This document shows positions 48,092 to 59,531 of a DNA stretch of 64,000 nt, one piece after another (the stretch's first letter is position 1; every line of letters starts with the position of its first letter). The DNA lies in contig CANQXY010000001.1 in the NCBI GenBank assembly GCA_947627935.1, forward strand, positions 15,495-79,494, given 5' to 3'. The translations under genes and the position numbers were made by a program. The notes under the pieces are model-generated. The model had not been told where the DNA came from and searched no databases. It saw nothing but the letters and a program-made list of their open reading frames with translations. The DNA comes from an uncultured Clostridia bacterium. Its GTDB lineage: Bacteria; Bacillota; Clostridia; TANB77; CAG-508.

Positions 48092-48260
48092 ATTAAAATT
48101 ACTTAAAAATATTTTAATATTAAAAAATATAGATATAATATGTATAACGGGAGATAAAACATATAAAGTTTTATCTCTTTTTTATAAATTAAAATAATAT
48201 ATTGTAATTTTTATAAAAAAATAATATAATACTTTAAGTTTATTTATAAGGAGAAAATAT

Positions 48261-48698
48261 ATGGATAGAATTAGGTTAGCAGGAATTGTACCAATGGAAG
48301 ATGGATTTGTTTTTATGCATAGAGTTGGTGTTAAAAATCATCCAATTGGTAATTATTATACTTTTCCAGGAGGAGGAAAAGAAGAAAATGAAACATTAGA
48401 AGAAGGTGTAATAAGAGAAATAAAAGAAGAATTTGGAATAGATGTAAAAGTTATAAAAAAATTATATGAATTAGAAAATGGAGAAATAAATAAAAAAGAA
48501 TATTTTTATTTATGCGAATATATTGGAGGAAAGTTTGGAACAGGTGATGGACCTGAATTTTCAAATGATCCAAAATATATTGATAGAGGTAAATATATAC
48601 CTGAAATAGTATCTAGAAAAGATGTAGAAAATATTTGTTTATTACCAACGTCAATTAGAGATAAATTTATAGAAGATGTAAAAAATAATAAATTCTAA
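48261..48698 (+). CDS. NUDIX hydrolase
   Basis: The Nudix box is GGGKEENETLEEGVIREIKEEFGI (Gx5Ex7REUxEExGU). Confidence 0.75.
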   Translation: MDRIRLAGIVPMEDGFVFMHRVGVKNHPIGNYYTFPGGGKEENETLEEGVIREIKEEFGIDVKVIKKLYELENGEINKKEYFYLCEYIGGKFGTGDGPEFSNDPKYIDRGKYIPEIVSRKDVENICLLPTSIRDKFIEDVKNNKF

Positions 48699-48713
48699 AT
48701 ATAAGGAGGAAAT

Positions 48714-51065
48714 ATGTTAGAATTAAAAAATATAAAGAAAAGCTATAAAATAGGTGACATAGAAACAAAAGCCTTAGATGGTGTAAGCGTATCATTTAGA
48801 AAAAAGGAATTTGTATCTATTTTAGGACCAAGTGGATCTGGAAAAAGTACCTGTCTTAATATAATAGGAGGATTAGATAGATACGATTCTGGAGATTTAA
48901 TAATAAAAGGTAAAAAAACTAAGGATTTTAAAGATAAAGATTGGGATGCCTATAGAAATAATTCAATAGGATTTGTTTTTCAAAATTATAATTTAATATC
49001 ACATATAAGTATAGTATCTAATGTAGAATTAGGTATGACTTTAAGTGGTGTAAAAGCAAAAGAAAAAAAGAAAAGAGCAATTGAAGTCTTAGAAAAAGTT
49101 GGATTAAAAGAACATATGCATAAAAAACCAAACCAATTATCTGGTGGACAAATGCAAAGAGTTGCAATTGCAAGAGCATTAGTTAATGATCCAGAAATTC
49201 TTTTATGTGATGAGCCAACAGGAGCATTAGATACAGTAACAAGTGTTCAAATAATGGATTTAATAAAAGAAATATCTAAAGATAAATTAGTTATTATGGT
49301 TACACATAATCCTGAATTAGCAAAAAAATATTCAGATAGAATTATAGAATTTAAAGATGGAAAAATTTTATCAGATTCAAATCCTAATGATGAAAAAGAA
49401 CAAGAACAAGAATTTAAATTAAAGAAAACAAGTATGAACTTTTTTACAGCACTTCATTTGTCTTTTAACAATATAAGAACAAAAAAAGGAAGGACTTTTT
49501 TAACTGCATTTGCTTCAAGCATAGGAATAATTGGAATAGCTGTAATATTAAGCTTATCTACTGGATTCCAAACAAAAATTGATGGGTATATAAAAGATAC
49601 AATGGATCAATTTCCTATAATAATAAATCAATCATCAATGGAATTAGATGAAAGTCAAATAACAGACACACAAAATGAAATGTCAGATTTAGTAAAAGGA
49701 ACAAGAGAGTATGCAGATACTGATGAAATGTATTTATATGATACAAGTTTAACAAGTAAAATGCACATTAATAAATTAACAGATGAATATATAGATTACT
49801 TATCAAAAACAGACAAAGAAATATGTACAACAATTGGATATATTGGTTTAACAAATCTAAATTTATTAAGAAAAGATAAAGATAAAATTATTCCTATAAA
49901 AGTTGAAGGAGGAGTAAATCAATCAGCAAGTTCTGACTCAAGAGGTATGAGCTCAATAAATGCAACAACATATCCAAAAATGTTAGATGAAAATAGAGAT
50001 TATTTAAAGGAATATTATGATGTCTTAGAAGGAGAATATCCAAATGAACCTACAGATGTTGTTTTAGTTGTAGATTACAAAAATAGAATTTCTATAGATA
50101 CTATGAAAAACTTAGGATATGATACCGAAAATTTAGAAAGTATGAAATTTAAAGATATTGTTGGAACTGAGTTAAAATTAATTGATAATGATGATTATTA
50201 TGTAAAAACACCATATGGTACATATACTTTTGGTACTGATTATGAGAAAATGTATAATTCAAAAAATAGTATGACATTAAAAATATCTGCAGTAGTAAGA
50301 GCAAAAGAAAATGTGAAGATTTCATTATTAGCAGATGGAATTGCATATAGTAGTGATTTAAATGACTTAGTTGAAGAACGTGCTAAGGATTCTAATATAG
50401 TAAAAGATCAAAAAGATGTAGATTATAATATTTTAACAAAACAGAATTTTGAAAATGAAGCAGAAAAAATGCAAATTATGTCATATTTAGGAGGAAGTGA
50501 AATACCTTTATTTGCAATATTATATCCAACTTCATTTGAAAATAAAGATAAATTATGTGAGTATTTAGATAAATATAATGAAGGTAAATCAGATGATGAT
50601 AAAATTATTTATCAAGATTTATCAGAAACTATTACAGAAATGACAGCAGGTATAATGGATGGAATAACAATAGTATTAATAGCATTTGCAGCAATATCAT
50701 TAATTGTAAGCTTAATAATGATTTGTATAATAACATATACATCAGTATTAGAAAGAACAAAAGAAATAGGAATCCTAAAGGCTTTAGGTGCTAGAAAGAA
50801 AGATATTACAAGAGTATTTAATGCAGAAACTTTTATACTTGGAATCTTCTCAGGAACATTAGGTATATGTATAGCATATTTACTTACAATTCCTATAAAT
50901 AAAATTATTTTAGAAATGTCTGAATTAGAAAATGTAGCAAATTTACAAATAAATCATGCAATAATTTTAGTATTAATAAGTACTATAATTACAATGATTG
51001 GTGGATATGTTCCTGCTAAAATTGCTGCTAAAAAAGATGCCGTAGATGCATTAAGAACAGAATAA
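48714..51065 (+). CDS. ABC transporter, fused ATP-binding and FtsX-like permease domains (MacB-like)
   Basis: The Walker A is GPSGSGKST, the signature is LSGGQ and the Walker B is LLCDEPT. The C-terminal 4-TM FtsX-type permease has a large extracytoplasmic loop. Confidence 0.8.
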   Translation: MLELKNIKKSYKIGDIETKALDGVSVSFRKKEFVSILGPSGSGKSTCLNIIGGLDRYDSGDLIIKGKKTKDFKDKDWDAYRNNSIGFVFQNYNLISHISIVSNVELGMTLSGVKAKEKKKRAIEVLEKVGLKEHMHKKPNQLSGGQMQRVAIARALVNDPEILLCDEPTGALDTVTSVQIMDLIKEISKDKLVIMVTHNPELAKKYSDRIIEFKDGKILSDSNPNDEKEQEQEFKLKKTSMNFFTALHLSFNNIRTKKGRTFLTAFASSIGIIGIAVILSLSTGFQTKIDGYIKDTMDQFPIIINQSSMELDESQITDTQNEMSDLVKGTREYADTDEMYLYDTSLTSKMHINKLTDEYIDYLSKTDKEICTTIGYIGLTNLNLLRKDKDKIIPIKVEGGVNQSASSDSRGMSSINATTYPKMLDENRDYLKEYYDVLEGEYPNEPTDVVLVVDYKNRISIDTMKNLGYDTENLESMKFKDIVGTELKLIDNDDYYVKTPYGTYTFGTDYEKMYNSKNSMTLKISAVVRAKENVKISLLADGIAYSSDLNDLVEERAKDSNIVKDQKDVDYNILTKQNFENEAEKMQIMSYLGGSEIPLFAILYPTSFENKDKLCEYLDKYNEGKSDDDKIIYQDLSETITEMTAGIMDGITIVLIAFAAISLIVSLIMICIITYTSVLERTKEIGILKALGARKKDITRVFNAETFILGIFSGTLGICIAYLLTIPINKIILEMSELENVANLQINHAIILVLISTIITMIGGYVPAKIAAKKDAVDALRTE

Positions 51066-51092
51066 GGCCAAATAAAAATCTTTAAAAAAATA

Positions 51093-51224
51093 GTTGACAA
51101 TAAAAATAATAAATGATAAAATAGATAACTGTAATCCGCTTAGTCAAGGTACATAAAAGTCAATTAAGTTTGTCTACCTTTTTTTAAGGATTAGCGAGTA
51201 TACAAATAAGGAGGTGCATTTTAA
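51093..51224 (+). promoter_or_regulatory. rplU promoter (TTGACA-17-GATAAAAT) and structured leader with terminator-like hairpin (candidate L21 leader attenuator)
   Basis: The hairpin aggtacataaaagtcaattaagtttgtctacct is followed by TTTTTTT just upstream of the RBS. L21 leaders are known in Firmicutes. Confidence 0.35.
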
Positions 51225-51593
51225 ATGTACGCAATAATTGAAAGTTGTGGAAAACAATACAAAGTAGCAGAAGGTGATGTTGTATTTTTTGAAAAATTAG
51301 ATGCAGAAGAAGGTAAAAAAGTAACTTTTTCAAATGTTATATTAGTATCTGATGATAAAAAAGTACAAGTTGGAAATCCTTATGTTAAAGATGTAAAAGT
51401 TGAAGGTAAAGTAGTTTCACACGGTAAAGGTAAAAAGATAATTGTTTTCAAAATGAAAGCTAAAAAGAATTACAGAAGAAAACAAGGACATAGACAACCT
51501 TACACAAAAGTTGAAATTACAGCTATAAAAACTGCAGCTAAAAAAACAACTAAAGCAGCAGAAACAGAAGCTCAAGAAAAAGTAGAAGCTTAA
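51225..51593 (+). CDS. rplU: 50S ribosomal protein L21 with short Lys/Ala/Thr-rich C-terminal tail
   Basis: The N-terminus [20 protein letters not shown] is typical of L21. Confidence 0.9.
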   Translation: MYAIIESCGKQYKVAEGDVVFFEKLDAEEGKKVTFSNVILVSDDKKVQVGNPYVKDVKVEGKVVSHGKGKKIIVFKMKAKKNYRRKQGHRQPYTKVEITAIKTAAKKTTKAAETEAQEKVEA

Positions 51594-51649
51594 TTTAAAT
51601 TAGAATTTAGTAAAAAGATATATATAAAAACCGAAAGGAGTGAGATATC

Positions 51650-52081
51650 ATGGCTCATAAAAAAGGTCAAGGTAGTAGCCATAATGGTAGAGAGAGTGAA
51701 TCAAAAAGACTTGGTGTAAAAAGAGCAGATGGACAATTTGTTCTTGCAGGTAATATATTAATGAGACAAAGAGGAACAAAAATGCATCCAGGAACTAATG
51801 TTGGTAAAGGTAGTGATGATACATTATTTGCATTAGTAGATGGAATAGTTAAATTTGAAAGAAAAGGTAGAGATAAAAAACAAGTTAGTGTTTATCCAGT
51901 AGAAGCAGTTGAAACTGCAAAAAAAGCAGTTGCTGAAAAAGTAACAGCTAAAAAGACAGAAACTAAAAAACCAGTAGCTAAAAAGACAGAAACTGAAAAG
52001 CCAGCTGCTAAGAAAACAACAACAAAAAAACCAGCTGCTAAAAAGACAACAACTAAAAAAGCAGTTGCTAAAGAAGCATAG
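51650..52081 (+). CDS. rpmA: 50S ribosomal protein L27 lacking the Firmicutes N-terminal propeptide, with ~60-aa Lys/Ala/Thr-rich histone-H1-like C-terminal extension
   Basis: The protein starts [31 protein letters not shown] with no Prp-cleavable leader. The tail carries [38 protein letters not shown] repeats. No prp gene lies between rplU and rpmA. Confidence 0.9.
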   Translation: MAHKKGQGSSHNGRESESKRLGVKRADGQFVLAGNILMRQRGTKMHPGTNVGKGSDDTLFALVDGIVKFERKGRDKKQVSVYPVEAVETAKKAVAEKVTAKKTETKKPVAKKTETEKPAAKKTTTKKPAAKKTTTKKAVAKEA

Positions 52082-52170
52082 AAATTTATTGAAACAACTC
52101 TAGAAATAGAGTTGCTTTTTTATTTTAAAATATAGTATAATAACATAGAATAATAAAGAAGGTGAAAATT

Positions 52171-53187
52171 ATGAGTAAAAAGAGAATATTAACTGGAGAT
52201 AGACCAACAGGAAAATTACATATAGGTCACTATTTTGGATCACTTCAAAATAGAGTAAAATTACAAGAAGATGAAAATTATGAACAATATATTTTAATTG
52301 CTGATGTGCAAGCACTAACTGATAATTTTAATAATCCAGAAAAGGTAAGAAAAAATGTAAGAGAAGTTGCAATGGATTATTTATCTGTTGGAATAGACCC
52401 TAAAAAAACAACTATATATATACAATCAATGATACCAGAAGTTGCAGAACTTACAGTTTTCTATTCTAATTTAGTAACAATATCAAGACTTCAAAGAAAT
52501 CCAACTGTAAAAACAGAAATAGCACAAAAAAAGGATTTATTTGGAGAAAGTGTTACATATGGATTTTTAGGATACCCAGTAAGTCAAGCAGCAGATATTA
52601 CATGTTTTGAAGGTGAATTAGTTCCAGTAGGGGAAGATCAATTACCTTTAATAGAACAATGTAGAGAAATAGTAAGAAAATTCAATAGTATATATGGAGA
52701 TATATTAGTAGAACCAAAAGAAATATTATCATCTCAAAAAAGAATAAAAGGTTTAGATGGAAATGAAAAAATGGGTAAATCATTAGGAAATGCTATATAT
52801 CTATCAGATTCAGACGAAGAAATTACAAAAAAAGTTATGAGTGCAGTTACAGATCCTAATAGAATAAAAAAAGATGATTTAGGTAATCCTGATATATGTA
52901 TGGTAGCATATTATCATAATTTATTTACTAAACTAGAAGATGTAAAAACAGTATGTGAGGAATGTAAAGGTGGAAAAAGAGGCTGTGTTGCTTGTAAAAA
53001 ACAATTAGCACAAAATATTATAGATTATTTAAAACCAATAAAGGAAAAAAGAAAATATTATGAAGAAAATCCTCAATTAGTAGATGAAATATTATTAGAT
53101 GGAACTAAAAGAGCACAAAAAGTAGCAAAAGAAACTATGAAAAAAGTAAAAAAAGCAATGAAGTTAGATTATTTTGAAGGAGAATAA
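52171..53187 (+). CDS. trpS: Tryptophanyl-tRNA synthetase
   Basis: The N-terminus RILTGDRPTGKLHIGHYFGS carries a HIGH motif. The KMSKS motif is KMGKS. The protein is about 339 aa. The ATG at 52171 follows aaggtg. Confidence 0.85.
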   Translation: MSKKRILTGDRPTGKLHIGHYFGSLQNRVKLQEDENYEQYILIADVQALTDNFNNPEKVRKNVREVAMDYLSVGIDPKKTTIYIQSMIPEVAELTVFYSNLVTISRLQRNPTVKTEIAQKKDLFGESVTYGFLGYPVSQAADITCFEGELVPVGEDQLPLIEQCREIVRKFNSIYGDILVEPKEILSSQKRIKGLDGNEKMGKSLGNAIYLSDSDEEITKKVMSAVTDPNRIKKDDLGNPDICMVAYYHNLFTKLEDVKTVCEECKGGKRGCVACKKQLAQNIIDYLKPIKEKRKYYEENPQLVDEILLDGTKRAQKVAKETMKKVKKAMKLDYFEGE

Positions 53188-53189
53188 TT

Positions 53190-53540
53190 ATGAGCTATAT
53201 TAAGAATTTACCTAGCAATCCATCATTTATACAAAAAGGATTAAGTGGCTATAATTTTGAATTAAATAATAAAGAAATAAGTATATCATTTGAAGATTGT
53301 TTCAAAGGACATGACAAATATCATACAAATATAAACAGTTCAAAAATATATTACATATTAGATGGTAAAGGAAAGTTCAAAATAAATAATGAAATTTTTG
53401 ATGTAAAAAAAGACGACTTAGTTGAAATACCGCCAAATACAGAATTTGTTTTTGCTGGAAAAATGAAATTGTTATTAATTATGTCTCCAGCATTTAGAAT
53501 ACAAGATGGAATTGATGGAAAAGATAATGATTTATATTAA
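53190..53540 (+). CDS. Cupin-domain protein (hypothetical)
   Basis: A small beta-barrel-like ORF (…ILDGKGKFKINNEIFDVKKDDLVEIPPNTEF…). Confidence 0.5.
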   Translation: MSYIKNLPSNPSFIQKGLSGYNFELNNKEISISFEDCFKGHDKYHTNINSSKIYYILDGKGKFKINNEIFDVKKDDLVEIPPNTEFVFAGKMKLLLIMSPAFRIQDGIDGKDNDLY

Positions 53541-53552
53541 AAGGAGAAAAAA

Positions 53553-54236
53553 ATGAGTATATTATCAGCATTTATAGTATTTGATATATTAATAATTGGT
53601 TATGAATTAATAATAGAAGTCTTTTCAGCAATATATGAATTAAGTGGACTAACAAAAGAACAAGCTAGATTTCAAGTAACATCTTTATTAACTGGTACTG
53701 GGTTTACTACATCAGAAAGTGAAAAAATGTTAGATACCCAAAAAAGAAAAATGGTTACAAGAGATATTATGATAGTAAGTTATATATTTAATATATCAAT
53801 AATATCTACTTTAGTTACATTATTGACATCAACACAAAATTCAAATTGGTATGAATTAGTAATAGGATTTATATTATCAATTATAGTAATTATTTTATTA
53901 TTTTTCTCTAGAAAAGTAAATAAAGTAAGAAAAGGTATAGATAGAGTAATGCTATATATTGCATCACATACTTTTTATAAAAAACAAAATGAAATTATTA
54001 TATATGAATATCATAATAAAAAGATTTTAGCAGAAATAAAATTAAATAATTTATCTAACAAATTAAAAGATAAGACTATAGGAGAATTAAAATTAGAGGA
54101 AAAATATAATATTAATATATTATATATAAAAAGAAAAAACCAACTTATTATTAAAACAAAAGATACTAAACTTAATGATAAAGATTTAATATTAGTTATA
54201 GGTGGTAAAAAAATAATTTATAATTTATTTAAATAA
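53553..54236 (+). CDS. Membrane protein with C-terminal TrkA-C (RCK_C)-like domain
   Basis: Two to three TM helices are followed by a K-rich RCK_C-like segment (…[40 protein letters not shown]…). Confidence 0.5.
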   Translation: MSILSAFIVFDILIIGYELIIEVFSAIYELSGLTKEQARFQVTSLLTGTGFTTSESEKMLDTQKRKMVTRDIMIVSYIFNISIISTLVTLLTSTQNSNWYELVIGFILSIIVIILLFFSRKVNKVRKGIDRVMLYIASHTFYKKQNEIIIYEYHNKKILAEIKLNNLSNKLKDKTIGELKLEEKYNINILYIKRKNQLIIKTKDTKLNDKDLILVIGGKKIIYNLFK

Positions 54237-54268
54237 TAAAAGATTTATATAAAGTTAAGGAGAAAAAA

Positions 54269-55544
<1,276 letters not shown>

Positions 55545-55639
55545 AAAATAAAAAATGTTAAATAAAATCAAAATTTTGTTTGACATTTTTTTGTTTGTAT
55601 GATATTATTTATAAAAATAATAAATAGGAGTGATTTATT

Positions 55640-56290
55640 ATGGCAAAAAACAAACCAGAAATTAATAAAAGAGAAAAAGCAATTTTAAAATTTATTGAAA
55701 AACAAATAATGACAGATGGATATCCACCATCAGTTAGAGAAATAGGAAAAGCTGTAGGATTAAGTTCAACTGCAACAGTACATGGATATTTAGCAAAACT
55801 AGAAGAAAAAGGTTATATTAAAAAAGAAGATAAAAAAGGTAGAACACTAAAATTATTAAAAGGTGGTTCAGGAGAGCCTATAATGAAATCAAGTAAAGAT
55901 TTCTATACTCAAAAAGAATTAGTTGAAGTTCCAATTATAGGAAAAATAACAGCAGGAGAACCAATTTTAGCTGTAGAAAATGTTACAGATACTTTCCCAA
56001 TTCCAATTGATTTTGTTGGTAATTCTGAAAGCTTTATGCTAACAGTTAGAGGAGAAAGTATGATAGAAGCAGGAATACTAGATGGAGATTATATCTTAGT
56101 AAAAAAACAAAATACTGCAAGAAATGGAGAAATTGTTGTAGCTTTAATAGGAGATGAAGCAACTGTTAAAACTTTTTATAAAGAAACTGATCATATTCGT
56201 CTTCAACCAGAAAATTCTACAATGGATCCAATAATAGTTCCAACTTGTGAAATATTAGGAAAGGTCGCAGGAGTATTTAGAAAAATGTAA
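55640..56290 (+). CDS. lexA: LexA repressor
   Basis: It has an N-terminal winged HTH ([25 protein letters not shown]), and the S24 peptidase Ser-Lys dyad context (VRGESM...LVKK). Confidence 0.9.
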   Translation: MAKNKPEINKREKAILKFIEKQIMTDGYPPSVREIGKAVGLSSTATVHGYLAKLEEKGYIKKEDKKGRTLKLLKGGSGEPIMKSSKDFYTQKELVEVPIIGKITAGEPILAVENVTDTFPIPIDFVGNSESFMLTVRGESMIEAGILDGDYILVKKQNTARNGEIVVALIGDEATVKTFYKETDHIRLQPENSTMDPIIVPTCEILGKVAGVFRKM

Positions 56291-56410
56291 TTAGAAGTTT
56301 CGGAAAATCCGAAACTTTTTAAAATTTTATAAAAAAATCAAAATACTATTTTATAAATTTTAAATATATGTTATAGTAATAATACAAACTTTTTTAGATT
56401 GGAGATAATA

Positions 56411-58081
56411 ATGGAAGAAGAAATAGTAAAAAATAAACTAAACATAAAAAAAGTAGTAATAATTGCAATTATATTAATAGCAATTGTTATATTATTTTTT
56501 GTTTTAAGTGCTATTTTTAAAAATAGAGCAAATGACAAAACTAATTTAGTAATAAATAATAATAATGTAACATCAAGATTGAAAAATGACATAATTATAG
56601 AAGATGATATAATATATTTATCTAGACAAGATATACAAAACTTTTTTGATAAATATATTTATGAAGATGAAAAGTATAATCAGATAATAACAACATCTGA
56701 TAAAAAAATAGCATCTATACCATTTGATGAAAAAATAATAGAAATAAATGGAGCAAAAAAACAATTAAATGCAACAATAAAAAAGGTAGATGATACAATA
56801 TATTTACCAATATCAGAAATGCATGATGTATATGATATAGAAATTACATATATTAAAGATTCAAATACAATTACAATGGATTCTTTAGATAGAGAACAAA
56901 AAAAGGCATATGCTGTAAAAAATATATCTATAAAAGCAAAACCTAGTGCATTTTCCATGACAGTAGATAAAGTAAAAAAAGGTAATTGGCTTATATATAT
57001 ATCAACAGATGAAAAAGGATGGGCAAAAGTAAGAACAGAACAAGGAAAAGTAGGATTTGTAAAAGAAAGTAAATTAACGAATTTTGTTACAATAAGAGAT
57101 TCTATGGAAGATAAAAGTATTATAGAAGGAAAAGTAAATCTTTCTTGGGATTACTTTTCTGAATATGCAAAAGCACCAGATAGAACTAATACAACAATTC
57201 AAGGAGTAAATGTTGTATCACCATCATTTTTCTATATTGATAAAAATGGAGATTTTAAAGAAAATGTTGGTGATCAAGGGGAAAAATATATAAAATGGGC
57301 TAATTCAAATGGATATAAGGTATGGCCAATGATATCTAATACTATAGCCGGAATTGATACAACATCAAAAATAATGAATGATTATAAATTAAGAAAAGAT
57401 TTAATAGAAAAAATTGTAAATGTTTGTGTTAAATACAATTTAGATGGAATTAATGTAGATTTCGAAAATATGAAAAAAGAAGATATAGATTTGTATTCAA
57501 GATTTATTATAGAGTTAACTCCAAGAATTAAAGAAATTGGACTAGCTATATCTGTAGATGTTACAGCACCAGATGGGGCTGATAATTGGTCTATGTGTTT
57601 TGATAGAAATGTAATAGGAAATGTTGCAGATTATATAGTGTTTATGGCATATGATCAATATGGTGTAGGAAGTAATAAACCAGGAACAACAGCAGGATAT
57701 AATTGGGTAGAAACAAGTTTAAAGAAATTTGTAACAACAGAAGAAATAGATTCAAATAAAGTTATTTTAGGAATACCATTTTATACAAGATTATGGTCAG
57801 AAAAAGATGATAAAGTATTAAGTAAAGTTGTTGATATGAACGAAATAGACGAAACAATTCCAAAAGATGTAGAAAGAAAATGGAATGATACATTAAAACA
57901 ATACTATGTTGAATATGAAGATGAATTATACACAAGAAAAATGTGGATAGAAGATATAAATTCTTTAAAAGAAAAATTATCATTAGTAAAGAAATATAAT
58001 ATAGGTGGAGTTGCTTCATGGGAGAAAGATAAAGAAATACCTGATGTTTGGAAAGTAATTGAAGAAGAATTAAATAATTAG
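56411..58081 (+). CDS. Membrane-anchored glycoside hydrolase family 18 (chitinase-like / spore-cortex-type) protein with N-terminal beta-rich domain
   Basis: An N-terminal TM is present. The GH18 catalytic motif is LDGINVDFENM (DxxDxDxE). The ATG at 56411 follows ggaga. Confidence 0.7.
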   Translation: MEEEIVKNKLNIKKVVIIAIILIAIVILFFVLSAIFKNRANDKTNLVINNNNVTSRLKNDIIIEDDIIYLSRQDIQNFFDKYIYEDEKYNQIITTSDKKIASIPFDEKIIEINGAKKQLNATIKKVDDTIYLPISEMHDVYDIEITYIKDSNTITMDSLDREQKKAYAVKNISIKAKPSAFSMTVDKVKKGNWLIYISTDEKGWAKVRTEQGKVGFVKESKLTNFVTIRDSMEDKSIIEGKVNLSWDYFSEYAKAPDRTNTTIQGVNVVSPSFFYIDKNGDFKENVGDQGEKYIKWANSNGYKVWPMISNTIAGIDTTSKIMNDYKLRKDLIEKIVNVCVKYNLDGINVDFENMKKEDIDLYSRFIIELTPRIKEIGLAISVDVTAPDGADNWSMCFDRNVIGNVADYIVFMAYDQYGVGSNKPGTTAGYNWVETSLKKFVTTEEIDSNKVILGIPFYTRLWSEKDDKVLSKVVDMNEIDETIPKDVERKWNDTLKQYYVEYEDELYTRKMWIEDINSLKEKLSLVKKYNIGGVASWEKDKEIPDVWKVIEEELNN

Positions 58082-58114
58082 TAAAGGAGTAGATTTAATC
58101 TACTCTTTCTTTTT

Positions 58115-58357
58115 TTAATTATTTGATGGTAATTCAATATATATTGTATCTAGTTTTGCTGGATCTTCAAATTTAACTATACATCCTGCTTTTTCTAGTG
58201 CTTCATTTATACTAACCAAGTTAGAAGTAGCTTCAGAATAAGAGTTTAAAAACTCACGTGCAGTATTTCTCATATCAAAATATAAATATGTCATTATTAT
58301 TAGAGCAATTACAAGTATTATAATAATACTTAAAAATATTTTACTTAATTTATTCAT
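58115..58357 (-). CDS. Small membrane-anchored protein (hypothetical)
   Basis: MNKLSKIFLSIIIILVIALIIMTYLY... The RBS aggtgg lies 8 nt upstream of the ATG at 58357. Confidence 0.45.
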   Translation of the reverse strand: MNKLSKIFLSIIIILVIALIIMTYLYFDMRNTAREFLNSYSEATSNLVSINEALEKAGCIVKFEDPAKLDTIYIELPSNN

Positions 58358-58710
58358 AATAATCACCACCTACCTTACATTATAATTTATTTTAAATTTT
58401 TAGTCAAATAAGAGTATATAATATAATATTTAGAAAATTAGATGTAAGGCATCCTTAAAGAGAACGCTTTACATTCTTGTTGTTGAATTGTGTCTTAGGA
58501 GATGCTAAATAATTATTATGTGTTTACATTAATTCAAATTTCCAAATGAAATTGTAAAATATTTTTCAAAAGTTCTAAAAATCGTAATATATAATATACA
58601 TTACTAAAAAGGACAAGAAGGTGATTTGAATAAATACATATTATATTCAAGAAAATGATAATATAAATTTCTTTGATAAATTTATACCAGTAAAAATTAA
58701 AAATGAAAAT

Positions 58711-59460
58711 ATGTTTTTAAATTTTGATGTTTCACAATTAAGCAATAAAATGATAAACAAAATAATAAAAAAAATCTTGAAGCATAATGTTAAAAATGTT
58801 GTACTTAGTAAAAAGCTACAGGAAGATGAAAATTTTATAAATATAGCAAATAGTAATAATATAAATATATTTGATGGAAGATGGCTTGAAAAATATTTAG
58901 CTTATGAAATAATAGAATATGTGCTAAATAAAAAAAATATGAAAAAAGAGGAAACAGAACTTGCTGTATTAATAAATCAAATAGATGATGCTTCTATAGA
59001 AAATATAAAGGTTTTTGCTAAAGAATTTAAAATAGTAAATATAGTAACTAATCATATAAATAAATTCAAAAAAATAGAAGAAGATATGTATAATAATTTA
59101 GGTACAATGATTACTATTACAAATAATAAGAAAAAAAGTTTAAGAAATTCAAAAATTATCTTAAATGTGGATTTTGTAAATGAAATTATAAATAAATATA
59201 ATATATATGATGAGGCTATAATTATAAATTTAGATGGAGATGTAAAGATAAATAGAAAAAGATTTAATGGCATAAATATAAATAACTATGAAATACAGTT
59301 TGATGACAATAACAATAATGGTAAATTTTATTCTAAAGATATATATGAATCTATGATATATAAAAAATTACCTTTTAATAATATAAGAGAACAAATAAAA
59401 AAATCAAATGTTAAAATAAGCAATTTAATAGGAAATAACGGTAAAATAAAATTTAACTAA
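58711..59460 (+). CDS. Hypothetical protein (249 aa, Asn/Lys/Ile-rich)
   Basis: A long ORF preceded by about 330 nt of non-coding sequence. No recognisable motif or clear RBS was found. Confidence 0.45.
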   Translation: MFLNFDVSQLSNKMINKIIKKILKHNVKNVVLSKKLQEDENFINIANSNNINIFDGRWLEKYLAYEIIEYVLNKKNMKKEETELAVLINQIDDASIENIKVFAKEFKIVNIVTNHINKFKKIEEDMYNNLGTMITITNNKKKSLRNSKIILNVDFVNEIINKYNIYDEAIIINLDGDVKINRKRFNGININNYEIQFDDNNNNGKFYSKDIYESMIYKKLPFNNIREQIKKSNVKISNLIGNNGKIKFN

Positions 59461-59531
59461 AAAACAATAAAAAATGCTTTTCTTTTTTTATAAAGTATAC
59501 TATAATATATGAAGCAAGGAGGTATATGTAT

